From Oikopleura dioica (taxonomy: Eukaryota; Animalia; Chordata): a DNA stretch of 64,000 bases. A program made the position numbers and the translations under genes. The stretch covers positions 9,114,001 to 9,178,000 of the forward strand of contig OU015567.1 of the NCBI GenBank assembly GCA_907165135.1, given 5' to 3'. Each line of letters begins with the position of its first letter. The stretch's first letter is position 1. This document shows positions 23,501-37,372 of the stretch, in pieces. The notes under the pieces are model-generated. The model was not told the origin of the DNA and did not search any database. It was given only the letters and a program-made list of their open reading frames with translations.

Positions 23501-26393
23501 AGAGAAATTCCTAAAATGATGTATTAAAAGAGTATTCTAGGGCGAAATCATGCATGATCGTTGTCAGCCTGCAGATTATTGTTGCAGCTCTTTTATTCAT
23601 TCTTTACTACAGGTAAATCCGTATTACGGGCCTCAAATAAGGGGGTTTATGAGCCACTCAAGCTGGGGAAGATCTTAACCGGATTATACGGTATAATAAG
23701 TACGGCAAGAAGAAGATAATTCAAGTGCTTTAATGCTTGAATGGGTTAGGAAATGCACAATTTTATGGATAAATAAACCGTGTATGATAATCCCAAAATT
23801 CATATAAAATCCAGATTGATTCTTTCTCCACGTAACTGCACGTGAAATAAACCAACTCAACACTAGTCATCAAAGTCCTCTTCAGAGCTCAGTTCTGGGC
23901 AGTTTCAGCTTTCGAATACCACCAGTATGTACGCTGCGGGAGCGACTTGGATGAACTCGACGCCCGCTGGAAGAAGCTAGAGGAAACTCGCCACGCGGAA
24001 GCGACCATGGTCAGAAATATCATGAAGACGGAAAAAAGAAAATGCGCATCTGGGGCTTTCTTCATTTCCGTCTTTTATACGACTTGTATGACGAATGGAT
24101 TCTGGGTACTGCAAGTTTATCCGCTCATGACGGCGATCGTTCAAGCGCTCATTGTTTGGTACCTCCAGGAAATGATTCGAACAAGATTCAAGAGTCGAGA
24201 TAAACACAGTTTAATCTTGCTCTGATGGTATCGAAATCATAATTTTAGCGAGGCCCATTGACGGAGAAAACGTTTAGAAAGCCAGCATTTGTCACGTGTT
24301 TGCTCAGTTCATTGATTATGGTCTCTCTAAATGCCGTTAACTTGATCACTTCATGGTAAGAAGTCATTCTTATAGCGAAAAAATAGCCAGATTGAGTCTG
24401 ACAGATTCAAGTTGAAGAAGTAAGCAGCTGCCATGCTGGAAACTTATCCACCCGGAAGTTTCAATTTCTATCTTTCAGCTTCTGTCTATCTAACGTTTCG
24501 TCAATGTCTCATGACTCCTCCGGCTGCGGAAAGGCCTCCTGTGGGATGGAAGCGATATCTTCGTTGATTGCCACTGGTACGAGCGCCATGGTAGCCGGTT
24601 TCATCGTTTATGGTAAGATTGAGAGTAAATTATCGCAATTCTGAGATAACCGCACGATCAAAAATCGTGATCCTAAACTACTTTTAAGCTTATATGACGA
24701 GATTACGCCAGCTGGATCATGCGCTTCAGGAACGTTCTCTCTTTAGAAAGCCAATTTGGTGGTTTTATGATCTTGATTGTTGAGGGGAATCTCAGGAGCT
24801 GAAAAATAAATCTGCACACGAATCGAATCAGGAACTTGATGAAATTTCGACAAATAACATCCCATTCCTAGCTGGCGCCAAGATCAAGGTAAAATTTAAA
24901 AAATCTAGATTAGCGAATCCTAAAAACGGGAGGGTCCATTTTCTTCACCGGAAAAGCGTCCCGTTTTAGAGCCATGAACTGTATTTTCGGGTAAATGATC
25001 CGAATAGATGATTTTTTACCGAGAAAGCTTATCTCAACGAAAAATCAACCTCATGTGCTTCTAATTATTTCAGACTGAACCTGGCCGGCGAGTCAGATGA
25101 GCTTCTTTCGTATTCACGAAACGAGATAACCACCGTTCTACCTCTTCCCCAGCCAGATCCTGCGTGATTTTTACATGGACCCGACATAAGCCCCAATTAT
25201 CTCCACAGCCCTTTCTGAAAACCGATACTGATTCCTTCTGTCAATTAAAATCGACTCTCGACTGAGCGTAGTTACACGTGGAAAACTTGACACCAGGGAG
25301 CTACAACTTGAGAGCCTGTTTTTGAGATTCCTGTATTTTCCGGGATCAAAATATGAGACACATCATCCTTTCACTCAGCTTGAACCCGACAAGTTCAATT
25401 CATCATTCGACAAGACATCTTTTATGTTTTAGAAGAATTTTATGTTTTAGAAAATTTTTTATGTTTTTAGGCTTTTGTGTTCTCTGTCGCTCGAAACCTC
25501 AAACGATCGATTTTAAGCAGCTATTCGACTATTTTTTTGGATGAAAATTTGATCGAAATTATTTTCACATGATAATGAAAAACATTAATTAAGATGAGAT
25601 ACGTCAATTTTCGTGGACCCCGTTATTATGACGTTTTTTGTATACTCTCTGGCGAAATTATCATTAAATCACGTTGGTAGTGTTTCAGCTGTAATTTTCT
25701 ATGTCATAGCACTTAAATTTCTAATTGGCTTAACTCTTCACAAACTATAGTGTATCGTAGACAAGGGATTTGGAGACTGTTAGAAGGAGCCTAGTAAGTC
25801 GAATGAAAACCGTAGTGCGGTCGAGATGACGTGTGGGAATCTACAGTAGTAATCTTGGAAGGTTGATCTCCGAACTCTTCGAAGACGAGTTTCGAGTTTT
25901 GCTTTCTGAATTCTGAATCACCGGTTTTCGAGCGTTCGCCGGCGAGTAGTGTTTCACTCGTCGAGAATCGAAAATGGGCATAAAAACATCCTTCTCAGTT
26001 TCCATCTCCGAGGAGCTGACGTAGCTCCATCGCCGAAGAAAAAAAAAACGGTCAAGCGATTGTCCGGCCGGGGAAGCTGACTCGCGCTCCGCGGATAAAT
26101 GCACCTTCGATCTAGTCTAATTGCTCTCGCTCCCAATTATGAAGAAGATTATAACCATTTTTTTCGGCTATTTTTAAACTATAGCTGCTGGATTTAGAGA
26201 CAAATTTCTCTGTTTCGAGACAGAAAATGGACCGAAAAAGAGCATAAATTAGACCGTAATTTACCTTTTGAAGAATTCCATATCTATTACAATCGAATTT
26301 GTTCTTCGCATCGCAGTTCCAGCAGTAAAAGACATCCGAATCATCAGAAGATACTATCATGAAAAGAACATAAAGAAGTATACGTGTAATCAT
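20515..26393 (-). CDS. Secreted 12-Cys three-finger (Ly6/uPAR-like) protein with a 5-kb first intron
   Basis: Spliced product MITRILLYVLFMIVSS-DDSDVFYCWNCDAKNKFDCNRYGILQK|CAKNQLGCKL|MVHRL|QDGVVTSYAMGCADHPSCLLDK|SASKCDWESGESTCIQCCPRNSC...WRKDEWTADLL*. Intron 21223-26264 is GT..AG and in phase. Confidence 0.7.
21399..21530. mobile_element. Tiny piggyBac-like MITE
   Basis: TTAA on both sides (21395-21398, 21531-21534). TIR CCCGTTAACAGG. Internal hairpin CGCGTGGCCGT..ACGGCCACGCG. Confidence 0.85.
21625..23122 (+). CDS. PPPDE / DESI-like deSUMOylating isopeptidase (nested gene); 3' end approximate
   Basis: VNLLIYD...THTAVFVYDEEFWF carries the catalytic His, LNLGQT follows, and YSLTTLNCNTFCNAV carries the catalytic NCN motif. 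Confidence 0.85.
23478..25167 (+). CDS. Unknown multi-pass membrane protein (nested gene)
   Basis: Several GT..AG exons with hydrophobic helices (CMIVVSLQIIVAALLFILYY; GAFFISVFYTT; VYPLMTAIVQALIVWYL; ISSLIATGTSAMVAGFIVY). Confidence 0.55.
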
Positions 26394-29300
26394 CTTCTGT
26401 ATTTCCTAACTGGTACTTTTCGAAGTTTCTCTGGATGAAAATTGACGTATTAGGCGGGAGAGATGAGCGCTTGACTCGGATTCGGACTCAGGCGCTTGAC
26501 ATTTTGAAGAAATTGGATTTTGATCTGCGAATAAATTTCAGCACTGCAATATTACCGGCGATGATACTGGCAAAGCGACCGGCTGAAGATATAAAAACAA
26601 AGTTGTGCCGGCTCAAAAGGGGCGGATAGAGCCAGTATAACTCAGACAAAGTAGCTCTGAGCTCAGTTGAACATCTGAAAAGTAGCAGCTCCAGTTGTTT
26701 CAGCGAGCCATTTTAGAATGAAATGATAATTTTATTTTCTGTTTGAAGTGATTCCAGACTAGAATTAAGCCATCTTCCATATCGAGTTTCGAGACCGGTC
26801 AGCTAAATTTGGTCTGTATTCCGCAGCGCTTAGGGTTATTTTTAACCCTCTCCGAAGGTGTTTTTCAGCTAGCAAGAGACGAGAAGACCAAGGTGGAAAA
26901 CGAGCTGCTCGGAGGTTGGCCGCATAACACGACGCGCTTGGCTGAATCCGGAGGAAAACACGAAACGAATCGTCAATTCTTTCAGCTCAGGCTTCTCTCA
27001 CATGGCTCAGCTGATCGGAGATCGCCGTCATTTATTTCTGGCTAAATTGATTATTTAATGGAACATCGGAGCAGTTTACTGTAAACACAAATCTTCAAAG
27101 ATATTCAGAAATAAAAATCATGATAAATGATCATTTTCTTTATAAAAAAAAGACATGAAACGAGGCATGTAAGAGCATCAATACTGCGCCAGAAAATTTT
27201 GAAAGATCAAAGAAGGAAAGTGAGCACTTCAATTCGAATTATGACAATTTGTACGATAGACGATTGAGATGACAGTTGTATATGGCAGTTGTAAATTACG
27301 ACAGTGGGATTCTCCCGAAAATGCCGAGACCGGCTTATCAACGAGAGAGACTAGTCACCTCCTACTCGTTGGCGGTCGCTGGAGTTACAAAAACAAGCAA
27401 TCGTTTGAGACATTTTAAAGCTACCTTTCCATCATCAAAAAGAGATTTATACAAAGGTAAGTTCCGTTAAAGAAAGATGAAATAATTAAAAAAGGATTGA
27501 CTCATCAAGTATAGAACATTTATCACTTGTTTTTGATGATAAGATTCAAAATTATAGGTCTAAAACTAGGTTATATATTTTCTGATAAGAATAAAAATTT
27601 GAACGTTCGAAATCAGTGTCGTCAAAGAAAGCGCCACAAATATAAATGTACAAAACGTATATATTGACTCTACCCTACATATACCTTTCATAACCTCTAT
27701 GGGAAAGTGCGTCCGTTGCCTTTTCTCCCAGGCCTATTTTCTAATCTGTTTGTGAAACAAGTGGCTCAGAACACGTAGCTTATCGAAGTTGTAAATTCTC
27801 GTTGGTAAAGCAGAATATCGGAAATACTGAATCTTCTCTTCTTTTGTGGTGTTTGCTTAAAATCGCTCTATAATTATCATTGAGCCGAAAAAGAATCAAG
27901 CAATTTTTTATATAAACGTGGATAAGTCGGCGTTTTTCAGTCGAGAACAATCCATCGAAGTAAGTTTAACTAAAATATTATTACTAAAGAGCAACCTTTA
28001 CTTACTCGCCATTTATCGAACGACATCGGAACGTTTCAATGCTAATATAAAATATCAAAGCTTTTTAATTCAAAAGGGCCTACCTAACAGTCGATTTCCA
28101 GACAAATTAGCAGTGGTCAGTCAATTCATTATTCATAAAGTTGACAATATTTTCGAGCAAATTGAGAAAAATGAGTATCATGAGGGATGAAGAGTGACTT
28201 TGTCCTAGACATACTGACCGACTGGTAGACTGACCGAGGGAGCTATAAAACCGTACATTAATAGAACGCCAGACAATTAAATTTTATCCGATTTTTTCGA
28301 CCACGATTTTGAAGAATTCAGAGTTTTTCAGCCAAAATTTTCAGTTGGAGTTTTTTGGAATCTGGACACGGGACACCAGGCCGTGGTGTCTAGCTCCACC
28401 TCAGTAGCGCTCATCGTATCCGTTCTTTCCTTTAAAAAGACTCGGGCAAGGGCGATTGTTGAATCAGACCAAGTTACCGGTTAGCCATGTAACTCCTCTC
28501 CTTAGTGAGGATTCCAACCCTTTTCGACTATTTTTGAGGTAGGCGTAAACTCCTCCTTGATTTCAGTTTTCTTCTTGTAATCGGCAGATTTCATTTTGAA
28601 AATTGAGATTTGCCGGTTACAATTATTAACGATAGAATCTTAATAACGGCCAAAGATAACAACATTGGATAACCCTCAAAAAGACTGATTACAATTATTT
28701 AAACATCAACCCAAACTTTTGACGACGCTTTTATTTAAAGAAGATTCCTTCACAAATTGCAGTAAGTTACAGTTTCGTCTCAAGGCCAGCATCTGGCTTT
28801 CAGAAACGATTGAAACTCAAATATTTTTATTCGACGATTCTTGGACTCTCTTTTCGGACCCACTTAAAATTTTAAATTTCTAAATATCAGCGCCTCTATT
28901 CTACTAGAAAAGCGACTGTATCTATGCCTCCCGCAGTTACGTAAGCTGTTGTAAGCTCACACAGGGTTGTATTAACCCTACATAGTTCGATCCAGTGAAC
29001 AATTCGCTGGCTCAAGGCCTAAAACGAACCAAAGAGCTCGAAAATACTTTTTTATGTGTGTTTTTGAGTTTTTGTGCTTGAGATAGAGGGTGGACGAACC
29101 ACTTTAAAAGCTCAAAAAAGGCGAGATGATCATCTTTTTCACAAATTTTGGCAAATTCTTCCTCAACTCGCCCCACTAGAAGACAGACTCGAGCTAGAGA
29201 TACTACATGTTCTAACTAAGCGAGGCACAGAGGAGCAAGGAATTTGCCAAGATCGCCAGGAAAACGCAGCAAAAGTGCGGACGAACTGGCCCTGCTTGGG

Positions 29301-30580
29301 CCAGATTCGCGGGTCACCGAACAACACTCACTAGAAAACCTTATTTATACTGTTCCGGCGAATTCAGTTGCGCAATTCAAATGTAAGCGGAAAAAATGAT
29401 ATGACCCAAGTGCAGGGGTCATTCATTAGATGACCTCCAGAATTCTCAAATTTGAACTGTCAAAAACACAGTTTTAGGAAAACACAGTCTTCGATTATAA
29501 AGACCTTATATAACCCCTTCTTAGTGTTCGGAATTCCATAGCATGAAATCATAATTTTATTGCCCAGGATACCATAGGGAGTCAACCGAAAGCCCTAAAC
29601 TGCCTATCGGATAGATCATTATGTAACAAGTCTTCCAGACTGAACTACCAAATCTCCCAAAAAACGCCCAATTTTGAGAGGAGGGGCATTTTTTCTGCGT
29701 CGGGTACATTTTCTTCCAGTCCCCAATTTTCTTGCTCAACGACTTGTAAAATTATAGAAGTATTGTACTCCAATATTCTTATACGTATTTGCAAGGCGTG
29801 CCTTCGATAAAGTACTTGATAATTATGATTTATGGCACCATGAATAAATGTATGCATAATTTAATTTATGCTTCACTTAGCAAAGGAAATCGGCAGAAAT
29901 TTATGCAAGGCCAATTATTTTTTTGGCAACATGTAGTTAGATTGCTTGAACTCTGTCAGTTTTTCGCGACGGCTACAACGGCTACAGATAGGGCCGGTTG
30001 TATGAGACACCAAATCATCATTATCAGTAAAAACAGCACGAGCGAGCGCCGTTTCAAAACAGCTCGGACCTCCTGCCACATTCTAGGACCAAGTATCAGA
30101 TCAAATAAGATAAATTATCGAGAGTGGTCAAAATATAAAACATTTTTCTTCAGAAGGAACGAATTTTTGCGTCAATTTACTCAGTGATTACGTTTTTCCA
30201 AGAACTTTTCCGTAAGTGTTCCTTGAGAAGGGTCTGCCGCAGTAGACCACTCTTCTTTCCAAATAAAATGGAAGTTAAGATTGCCATGGTTTTGGTTTTC
30301 CTACGGTCAATATGTTTTTCTCTGGCGAGCTCCTCTAGTGAGCAAATTTGTTCTTTTGAAATTTTTTTTAGTTTTTTCCTCGTTTTTTGTTCAAAAGCGT
30401 TTTTGCATCGTCGATGACGGTCGTGGCGACATTCTACGTTAAATTATTCGAGATTTTTAGACTTTTTCAATTGCCCACTTGGTCATAAATTAAACGAAGA
30501 AACCTTTAGAAAAAAAAACAACAAAAGCTAAACAAGCATATTCTAGCACGAGACAAAGCAGCAAAAAGCCCGATAGCGAC

Positions 30581-31645
30581 ATGAATTTCTTCTTGACTCA
30601 CCAACCCTCTCTCCTTCCCCTCTTCACTCTCTTCCTCCTTACGTCCGCCCAGTCCGGCGGCAACTCCTGCGACTTGAAGAACATTTGCAAGACTAGTTTG
30701 AATAGGGAGACGACCGATTCTTGGAACGCCCAGTCTTGGAACAGTCTTTTAAAATCGACACGCCCCAGACTCGACTTTTTCAACACCTTCATCGACGGCT
30801 TCCTGGAACAGAAAACAGCCATCACCAACATGGACTACGTTCATTGCCTTGTTAACTCCTGTGAAAATGAGCCGATGAAAGTCTTCAAACACCTGGTCCT
30901 CCAACTCAACAAGATCAGCAGAGAGAGCAAAAAAAGTAACTTTTACAACGCGTTTACGATGATCGAAATGGTGATGACCAAGAGACAACGAGAAGACTTG
31001 CACTTTTTGCTGAAGCAACAAGCTATGCGCTCGAGAAAACCATTCCATATCCCGAGTCGAATAACTGCGGAGAACCGCGTTTTCTTCAACGGATGGGAAA
31101 ATGGCTTCGGTTCGCTGGACGAGAAAACTTTTAATAGACAGAATGAAGAATTACGGAAGATTATTATTAAAGATTTCTTGCGCTGGCCGATCGAGCACTG
31201 TGAGAATCATATATTCTCTCTATATAAAAAGTTCCGATATATATTATATATTTATTTATGAATAATAATTATTAACTACTTTTTAATAGATATGGATTAT
31301 ATTATCTCTGCGAAGGACGAAACATTCTCACTTCTTCGAAACCTTTGCCCTGGGGGGAACTCTTTGGCCCGCCGAGCTTTGAGCCGCCGAGGAGACTGGA
31401 ATCAAAGTGTAAGTACAGGCGATAATTCTGAAACTGAGTGGCTAAATCGACGTAGATTCTCGAATTCTGAAATTTGATTTTTAGGTGAATCTTTCCCAGA
31501 ATTATTTCGGCGTCCGATTCAGCGATTGCGAGGCTCGCAAGTCCACATGTACCATGCGAAATCGCGTCTTTGCCGTGGTAGCGCAGTACATACTCGAAAC
31601 CCGACAAAGCTTGAACTCCCAATTCCTCAAGGACGTTTGCCAGTA
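30581..31645 (+). CDS. Unknown secreted protein
   Basis: 226-codon ORF with signal peptide (LLPLFTLFLLTSAQS) and further exons at ~31290 and ~31486 ending ...FLKDVCQ*. Confidence 0.65.
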
Positions 31646-33140
31646 AATCCTGCCTCCCGAAACAAATGAATCTTCCAAAAATTCTTGACAAGTCTCCAAG
31701 TTCTCTCACTCCATCACTCCATTTTCCTCGAGTTGAGTTCAGAACCCAGATGGTACATTCGGGTGTAGAGGCGGCCGCTCTCTCTCACTCTCGAGGCCGA
31801 AAAAATCGCGCCCGAGGACGAAAAAAGCGAGCGATGATGACCCCTATGTGCTCCCGAGCATGTCACCTTTTGAACTTTTCAACTCTCTCTGCTTCTGCTG
31901 CCAGAACTTCCAATACCACAACTACTCAATTCTCTACTACAGTATTTACCGAGGAGAACATCTATCTCGTCTTTTTCAAATAAGAATCGAAGATGCCTGT
32001 TCTTCGCGGTAACTATCTATCTTGCAAATGTAATTTTATGCTTATCACTATAAGAAAACTTTAAATATCTTGAAAACTCCTTCAAAAACCATCAATAAGA
32101 ATTATACAGAACTCTACCATATATAACTATCTCTACTCTTCACTACCTGCTCGCTATCTAAAGTTTCTTAACCCACAAACTATATAATAATTTCTCCCCT
32201 TCCCTACCTTCGTGTCGTTACGGACCCACTCTGTTCTTTGCCACCCCAATTTTAACAAAAAAACTACCCGTCGAACCTTTGCTGAAATTGACTTTTTGAA
32301 ATAAAAATCAAAATCTTTAATGAAGTAAGGTCGATGATTGCACGCATAAAAACGGAATGATCACTAACTCAATCTTCTTCCTTGACAATCTGAGCATCAG
32401 GAGAAAATACGGTAATGTAACTGTTGTTGTGGCAATCAAGAAATCGACAAAAAAAAAATAAACGCACAATTTTGTGATCACGCCTTCTTTTCCAAAAAAG
32501 CCGGCAACTTGACAACGAACGCAGTATAGGACCTGTAGAACATGTCTTTATTTGATCATCTTCTGAAGGGTAGATTCTTTAACGGATAACTGGAAAGCTT
32601 GTTCTTCCAGAAAGAACGTGTATTTGCCAGGATCAGAAATGAACCGAGTTCAAAGTTCAGGCAAAATATTCTTCTTTGGAATCTGAAAAACGAAAACACT
32701 GTCTATTGCCAACTCAATATCGGTAATAATATTATGGCAGCAGCCGACACTATAATGAGATATCTAAAGATTGTCTGAAAGCGATCGTCTTACTACTGCA
32801 GCTAACAGTTGGCATGCAGACGATATTTTCAACCCTTGTTTTCGACGTTACGTTTTCCGATGCGATTTTTTATCCCAACTGATAAGATATCCACGAATCA
32901 GGATATTTTGATTGATTTGATAATCCAGTCGTCTCGGACGTCTTTTTTCTCGGTTGATAGAACTGATTTTGTAAATCTGACCGAAAAGACGATTAGGAAA
33001 TCGTAACTATATGGCCCGAGATTTGAACCTAGAGAGGAGGTTCATCGGGCGATTTGCTTAATCCCGTAATCACGATTCTTATGAAACAAAAGAAAAAGAC
33101 CGGCAAGTGTATGTACCGACTCAAGATCTGCAGAGCTGAC

Positions 33141-33185
33141 GCGCCATCTACTGCACGCCATCTAGCGCCATGCCTTCTATATAAG
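33141..33185 (+). promoter_or_regulatory. Tandem CGCCATCTA motifs followed by a TATA box
   Basis: GCGCCATCTACTG and ACGCCATCTAGCG, then TATATAA at 33178, about 95 nt upstream of the ATG at 33275. Confidence 0.5.
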
Positions 33186-33274
33186 AAACATTCCAGCACC
33201 ATTCTTTCATCATATCAGTCCTAATCAGACTAACTATCTACAACCGATAGAAAAAAGCAGCACCAAAAAGCAGC

Positions 33275-33744
33275 ATGCAAATAGGAATCGTTACATTCGC
33301 TACTCTCCTTTCCTTCGCCAAAGCGATGAACTCGTGCAATCTCTGGACGAGAAAAATCGCCCGAACGGAACGTCAAAAGGTACAAATAGTCCACTCAAAC
33401 AAGCCCTAACTAAATCTTCTAGTGGAATCTCTCCGGATCGCGCCCTCAAAAGAAAAACTGCCTAAAAACTTACGGATCGTCAGAGATGACCGCTGATGTT
33501 TTCTTCTGCTCCGATGTTTGCATCATCCCCGACGGATTCGCCTGCAACCCCAACCCAGGATACGGCCGCGACATTTGCGGCATCGACTCTTACTGCGATA
33601 CTACTGAGCGAATCTGCAAGGCTCTTTACGTAAGAACCCACTTTTAATTCACTCATCTAACCTCAACTTTAGTTTGATGAATCCTCATTCTCTTCGTCCT
33701 CTTTCGATGATTTCTTCTATCCCGACATCATCCAATTCGACTGA
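33275..33744 (+). CDS. Small secreted cysteine-rich protein (IGFBP-N-like Cys spacing)
   Basis: Signal MQIGIVTFATLLSFAKA. Exon 2 ...FFCSDVCIIPDGFACNPNPGYGRDICGIDSYCDTTERIC. Acidic/aromatic tail. Canonical introns. Confidence 0.7.
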
Positions 33745-36611
33745 TTATGGTAGAATCAAATCTCCAAAGACTCAATTTATAACTCTTTTTTCAGAAAAGG
33801 ATCCCAAAAACCGCTCTCAATGTCTCCCAACTTTTCTCCCAACAAAACCAACAAAATGTTCTCCCAAACGCGCTCATCTGTTTGCTACGAAGTAGGATGA
33901 AAGAGGAGCCCACACCAGACCTTCTATGGAAGCACTTCTTCTCAATTTAGACTACCCAAATAATTTTTATACTCGTTCTTACGTTTCTTTTCAATTCGCT
34001 ATTTATACGCTCTTTATTAGCGCTCAAGTGTAGTTATGATCTTTTTATTGACCGGTGAGGTCAGCCTCCGACCAGTTGCTCTGCTGGTCAAGAAGGAGTA
34101 TCTGTGTCTTGCTTACAGTTTACTGTTTACTTTTTCAAAGTTCAATGTATCTGCTGCTTTTGCTCCTTGTCCTAAATCGAGCAGTTGTTGCGACATAGAA
34201 ATGATTGCTCGGTCGATTTTTTTATAAAATACCCGTCCGCTTTTAAAACATAAAAATAGATAAATAAAACAAAAAAAATGCGCTCAAATTTATTTTTTCT
34301 CTTTCTAAGACCTCAGGTTTATTTTCTGGCAGGAACAAACAGTTAAAAAACGGCTATCTTAAGGGGGTACACATCAATAACCGCGGCTTTCGAGCAGTAT
34401 TTTTGTTGAAAAATAATAAAGTGACGCCCTTTTTGTATTTTACGAGAAGACTAAGTTCTTTCAGGAAAAAAATCTACTCAAAAATTCGGTTCTTGATGTC
34501 CAACCCTCAAAAATGTGTATAAAAATGTGCACAAGAAACGTTCCCTTTAAAAGATTCCATGGGAGCAGCATCCACCGCGTTTGAAAGAGTAGCAAGCTTC
34601 TTGGTAGATGACCCTTTTTTGAACTGGCGAGGAAGAAGCTTAATAAAATATCAAGAAGAAAAATTGGAGAACGAGCTATAAAAAAAAATGATGATCGGGA
34701 CAATAAATATAAATTTATTGCCGTTCAAAAAATATGGTGCGATGTCACTGACAGGCAAATTTAATGTTTGATAAGACACCTCCCAAAAAGAATCATCAAC
34801 TCTGATGCAATTTGCACGTTTGGAGAGTTTGAAGAACGTGCAAGAGAAACTCGAAAATATTGATTCAGGGAAGCAGCAAGACTTTTGGCCTTCTTCCCAA
34901 AAGTTCACTTCTATTTCATAAATCAGGCAGAAAACAGGCTGGAACAAGACGCTATATTGCGTCTCATAACAAGCTGTTTTATTGACCAACTCTTTAGTGA
35001 AGGCAATCTCTTTTTTTTTCTCATTGAAATCAAGGAAGAAAGCAAGTCGACTCTTGAAAAAACGGATAATTTATAGACTTACTGGTCAAACCACACTGAC
35101 GACAAATCAATCTTCTTTGAGCCATCGGAAGAGGAAACTGGCAACTGCTGACGTTGGAGACCATTGAAGCCCTTAAAAATCATGATTTCGTTCAATAAAA
35201 ATAGGCTTACCAAAATGAAACGATCGCGAAAAAATTCATATCTCTATTGATCAAAACTTTATTTGAAAACTTCTTTCTGATTGTAATTAATATTGCCTGA
35301 GGCGTGTTCTTGAATCTCTTTTTATACTGTCAGTGCTGCGCGGCGCTAAAGAGAAGGCTCGTTTCAGGGTTGACTTTTTGTTATTCTATTTCATGGACTT
35401 ATTTGGTCAGTCACGTGTTTGCATTTAGATTCTATCAAAATGATTTTAAAATGATATTTATTTAATCTGGATTTGGCGAAAGAAGCGTTTTATTCGGCCG
35501 TTGTTAAATATTGTTTCTTGCATTAAAATTCTCTATAAAAAATATTGATAATTGTCGACAATCGTAAAGTAAAGATAGTCTATTTTAAATAGATCTTAAA
35601 GTTTATCAATTCGATAATACCAACATATATTTGAAATTCGATATATATATTGGCTGTGACGAGGAGAATATTTAATTCAATTTTGGAAAATATCGACTTA
35701 GTGCTTTAAAAGGAGTAAAAGGCTATCTCAAGCAAACTTCCTTGTTATCGACCTCTTCACTGTAATTGAGTCTGATTACTGTATTTAATAGAGATAACAA
35801 GGAAAAAGAGACAAGCGCCATTTCTGCGGTTCTCTTAAAATGTGGTTCAGTCGGTTTACCGCCAAAAGTCACTTTATTAATTAACTGAATCCATTTACAA
35901 AGACAGGGTTTTCCAAAAATGACGTTTAGCAAAGTAAATCGGAAACGAGAAAACCTGATCTGTCATTTATCCAAATTGCCCACTGACTTTTTCCATTACG
36001 CGCAAATCGAGCGGACAGGGACCATTTACGTCATGGCTAGAGACAGACTGTATAAAATCGGCTGAATTTGTCAAGTCAAGACTCGGATCGTCTTTTACGG
36101 AGCTTCTTATTGGCACTTAATCTTTCTCAATTCGTCAATTTCATATTTTATTATATGAATTATTGAAAATACTTACTGAACAATTTCTGTGACTGAAAGA
36201 TTGATGAGTTCAATTTCCATCAGACAGTAAAATCCATTTTTTTCTTGATGAACCCACAAAACACTCGGTATTACATTACATGCCAGTACATGAACCTCGA
36301 TGATTTCCAATAGGTAGAAGTAGTACTACTCATCAATTTCAAATACACGCAGCCATCTCATTACTTATATATTTTCACCAGGACTCGTGGACTCGAGTCA
36401 TATCTGAACATATCGCGCGGCCGAAAATTTGCTGTATTGTGTATTATCCTCATTTTCGCACTGATTGAAATACAATTTAATTATCCAGTTGGATGCAGAT
36501 TGGGGTAAGCAAGCGGTGTAAATAACGTCTCAACAATTCGTTTACGCGAGCATTGGCAAATGCTGCATTATTCATTCAATGAAGTCTGTCGAAAAAACCG
36601 CGTTTGATTAA

Positions 36612-37372
36612 GGCTATAACGTCTCTTTTGGCCTCTCTGGAAAACGGACTTCCCTTGGTCGATTTTGAAAATTTAAAAGGCAAACATACTTGTTTTCTCC
36701 TAAAAAATTCAAAAATGCCATCAAAAAATACTTTTTTTAGGTAATTTTTAGCTTTAGAATCATTCAAAAATCGCCGATCGGTTTTCCGAGAAAACTAGAG
36801 GTTAAGAGGTAGAATTAATCCGATTATAATATTAACTCGGGCAGATTCTATGATCCCTATGGAAAAAATTTAAAGAAATTGTCCGAATTATGATTATAGT
36901 TCTCTCTTCTTTTAAAACTCTTTTGTTTATAGACTGACGCTTGAGATCCGCGCAGCCAATCAGAGCGCGATGAATCGCTTGACTCACACGCTCGCCAACA
37001 GCGCTCTCTTTTCGGCCTGGAGGATAGCACTCCGCGCAGCGCGTACACGCGCATTTTTATCCTCAGGTGCCCGCACTAACATGGCGCTAGAATGAAAATT
37101 TAAACAGATATCGAAGATTTTTTCCAAAGGGATTGTAGAGAAGGCTTTAATCTATTAACTGATCGAAAAAATCTACCTCTGTAATGGTAAAATTCTTCGG
37201 AAAACCGATCGGCGTTTTTTAAATGATTGTAAAGTCGAAATTTCAAAAGAAAAATAATTTTTGATCGCATTTTTGAAATCTACGATAGATTTTGAGTATA
37301 TAAGCTTTTTAATTTTTGAAATCGACCAAGGGAAGTCGGTTTTCCAGAGAGGCCAAAAGAGACGTTATAGCC
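36612..37372. mobile_element. TTAA-flanked fold-back MITE with GG termini (Kolobok-like)
   Basis: TTAA at 36608-36611 and 37373-37376. TIR GGCTATAACGTCTCTTTTGGCCTCTCTGGAAAAC..., with imperfect complementarity over ~200 bp. Confidence 0.9.

Noticed and set aside
28962-28980. CAGGGTT as the start of another hAT element
   Set aside because: No matching inverted end or subterminal array found.
29074-30417. Several 60-130 aa ORFs
   Set aside because: No recognisable motifs or consistent splice structure; likely spurious or decayed repeat.
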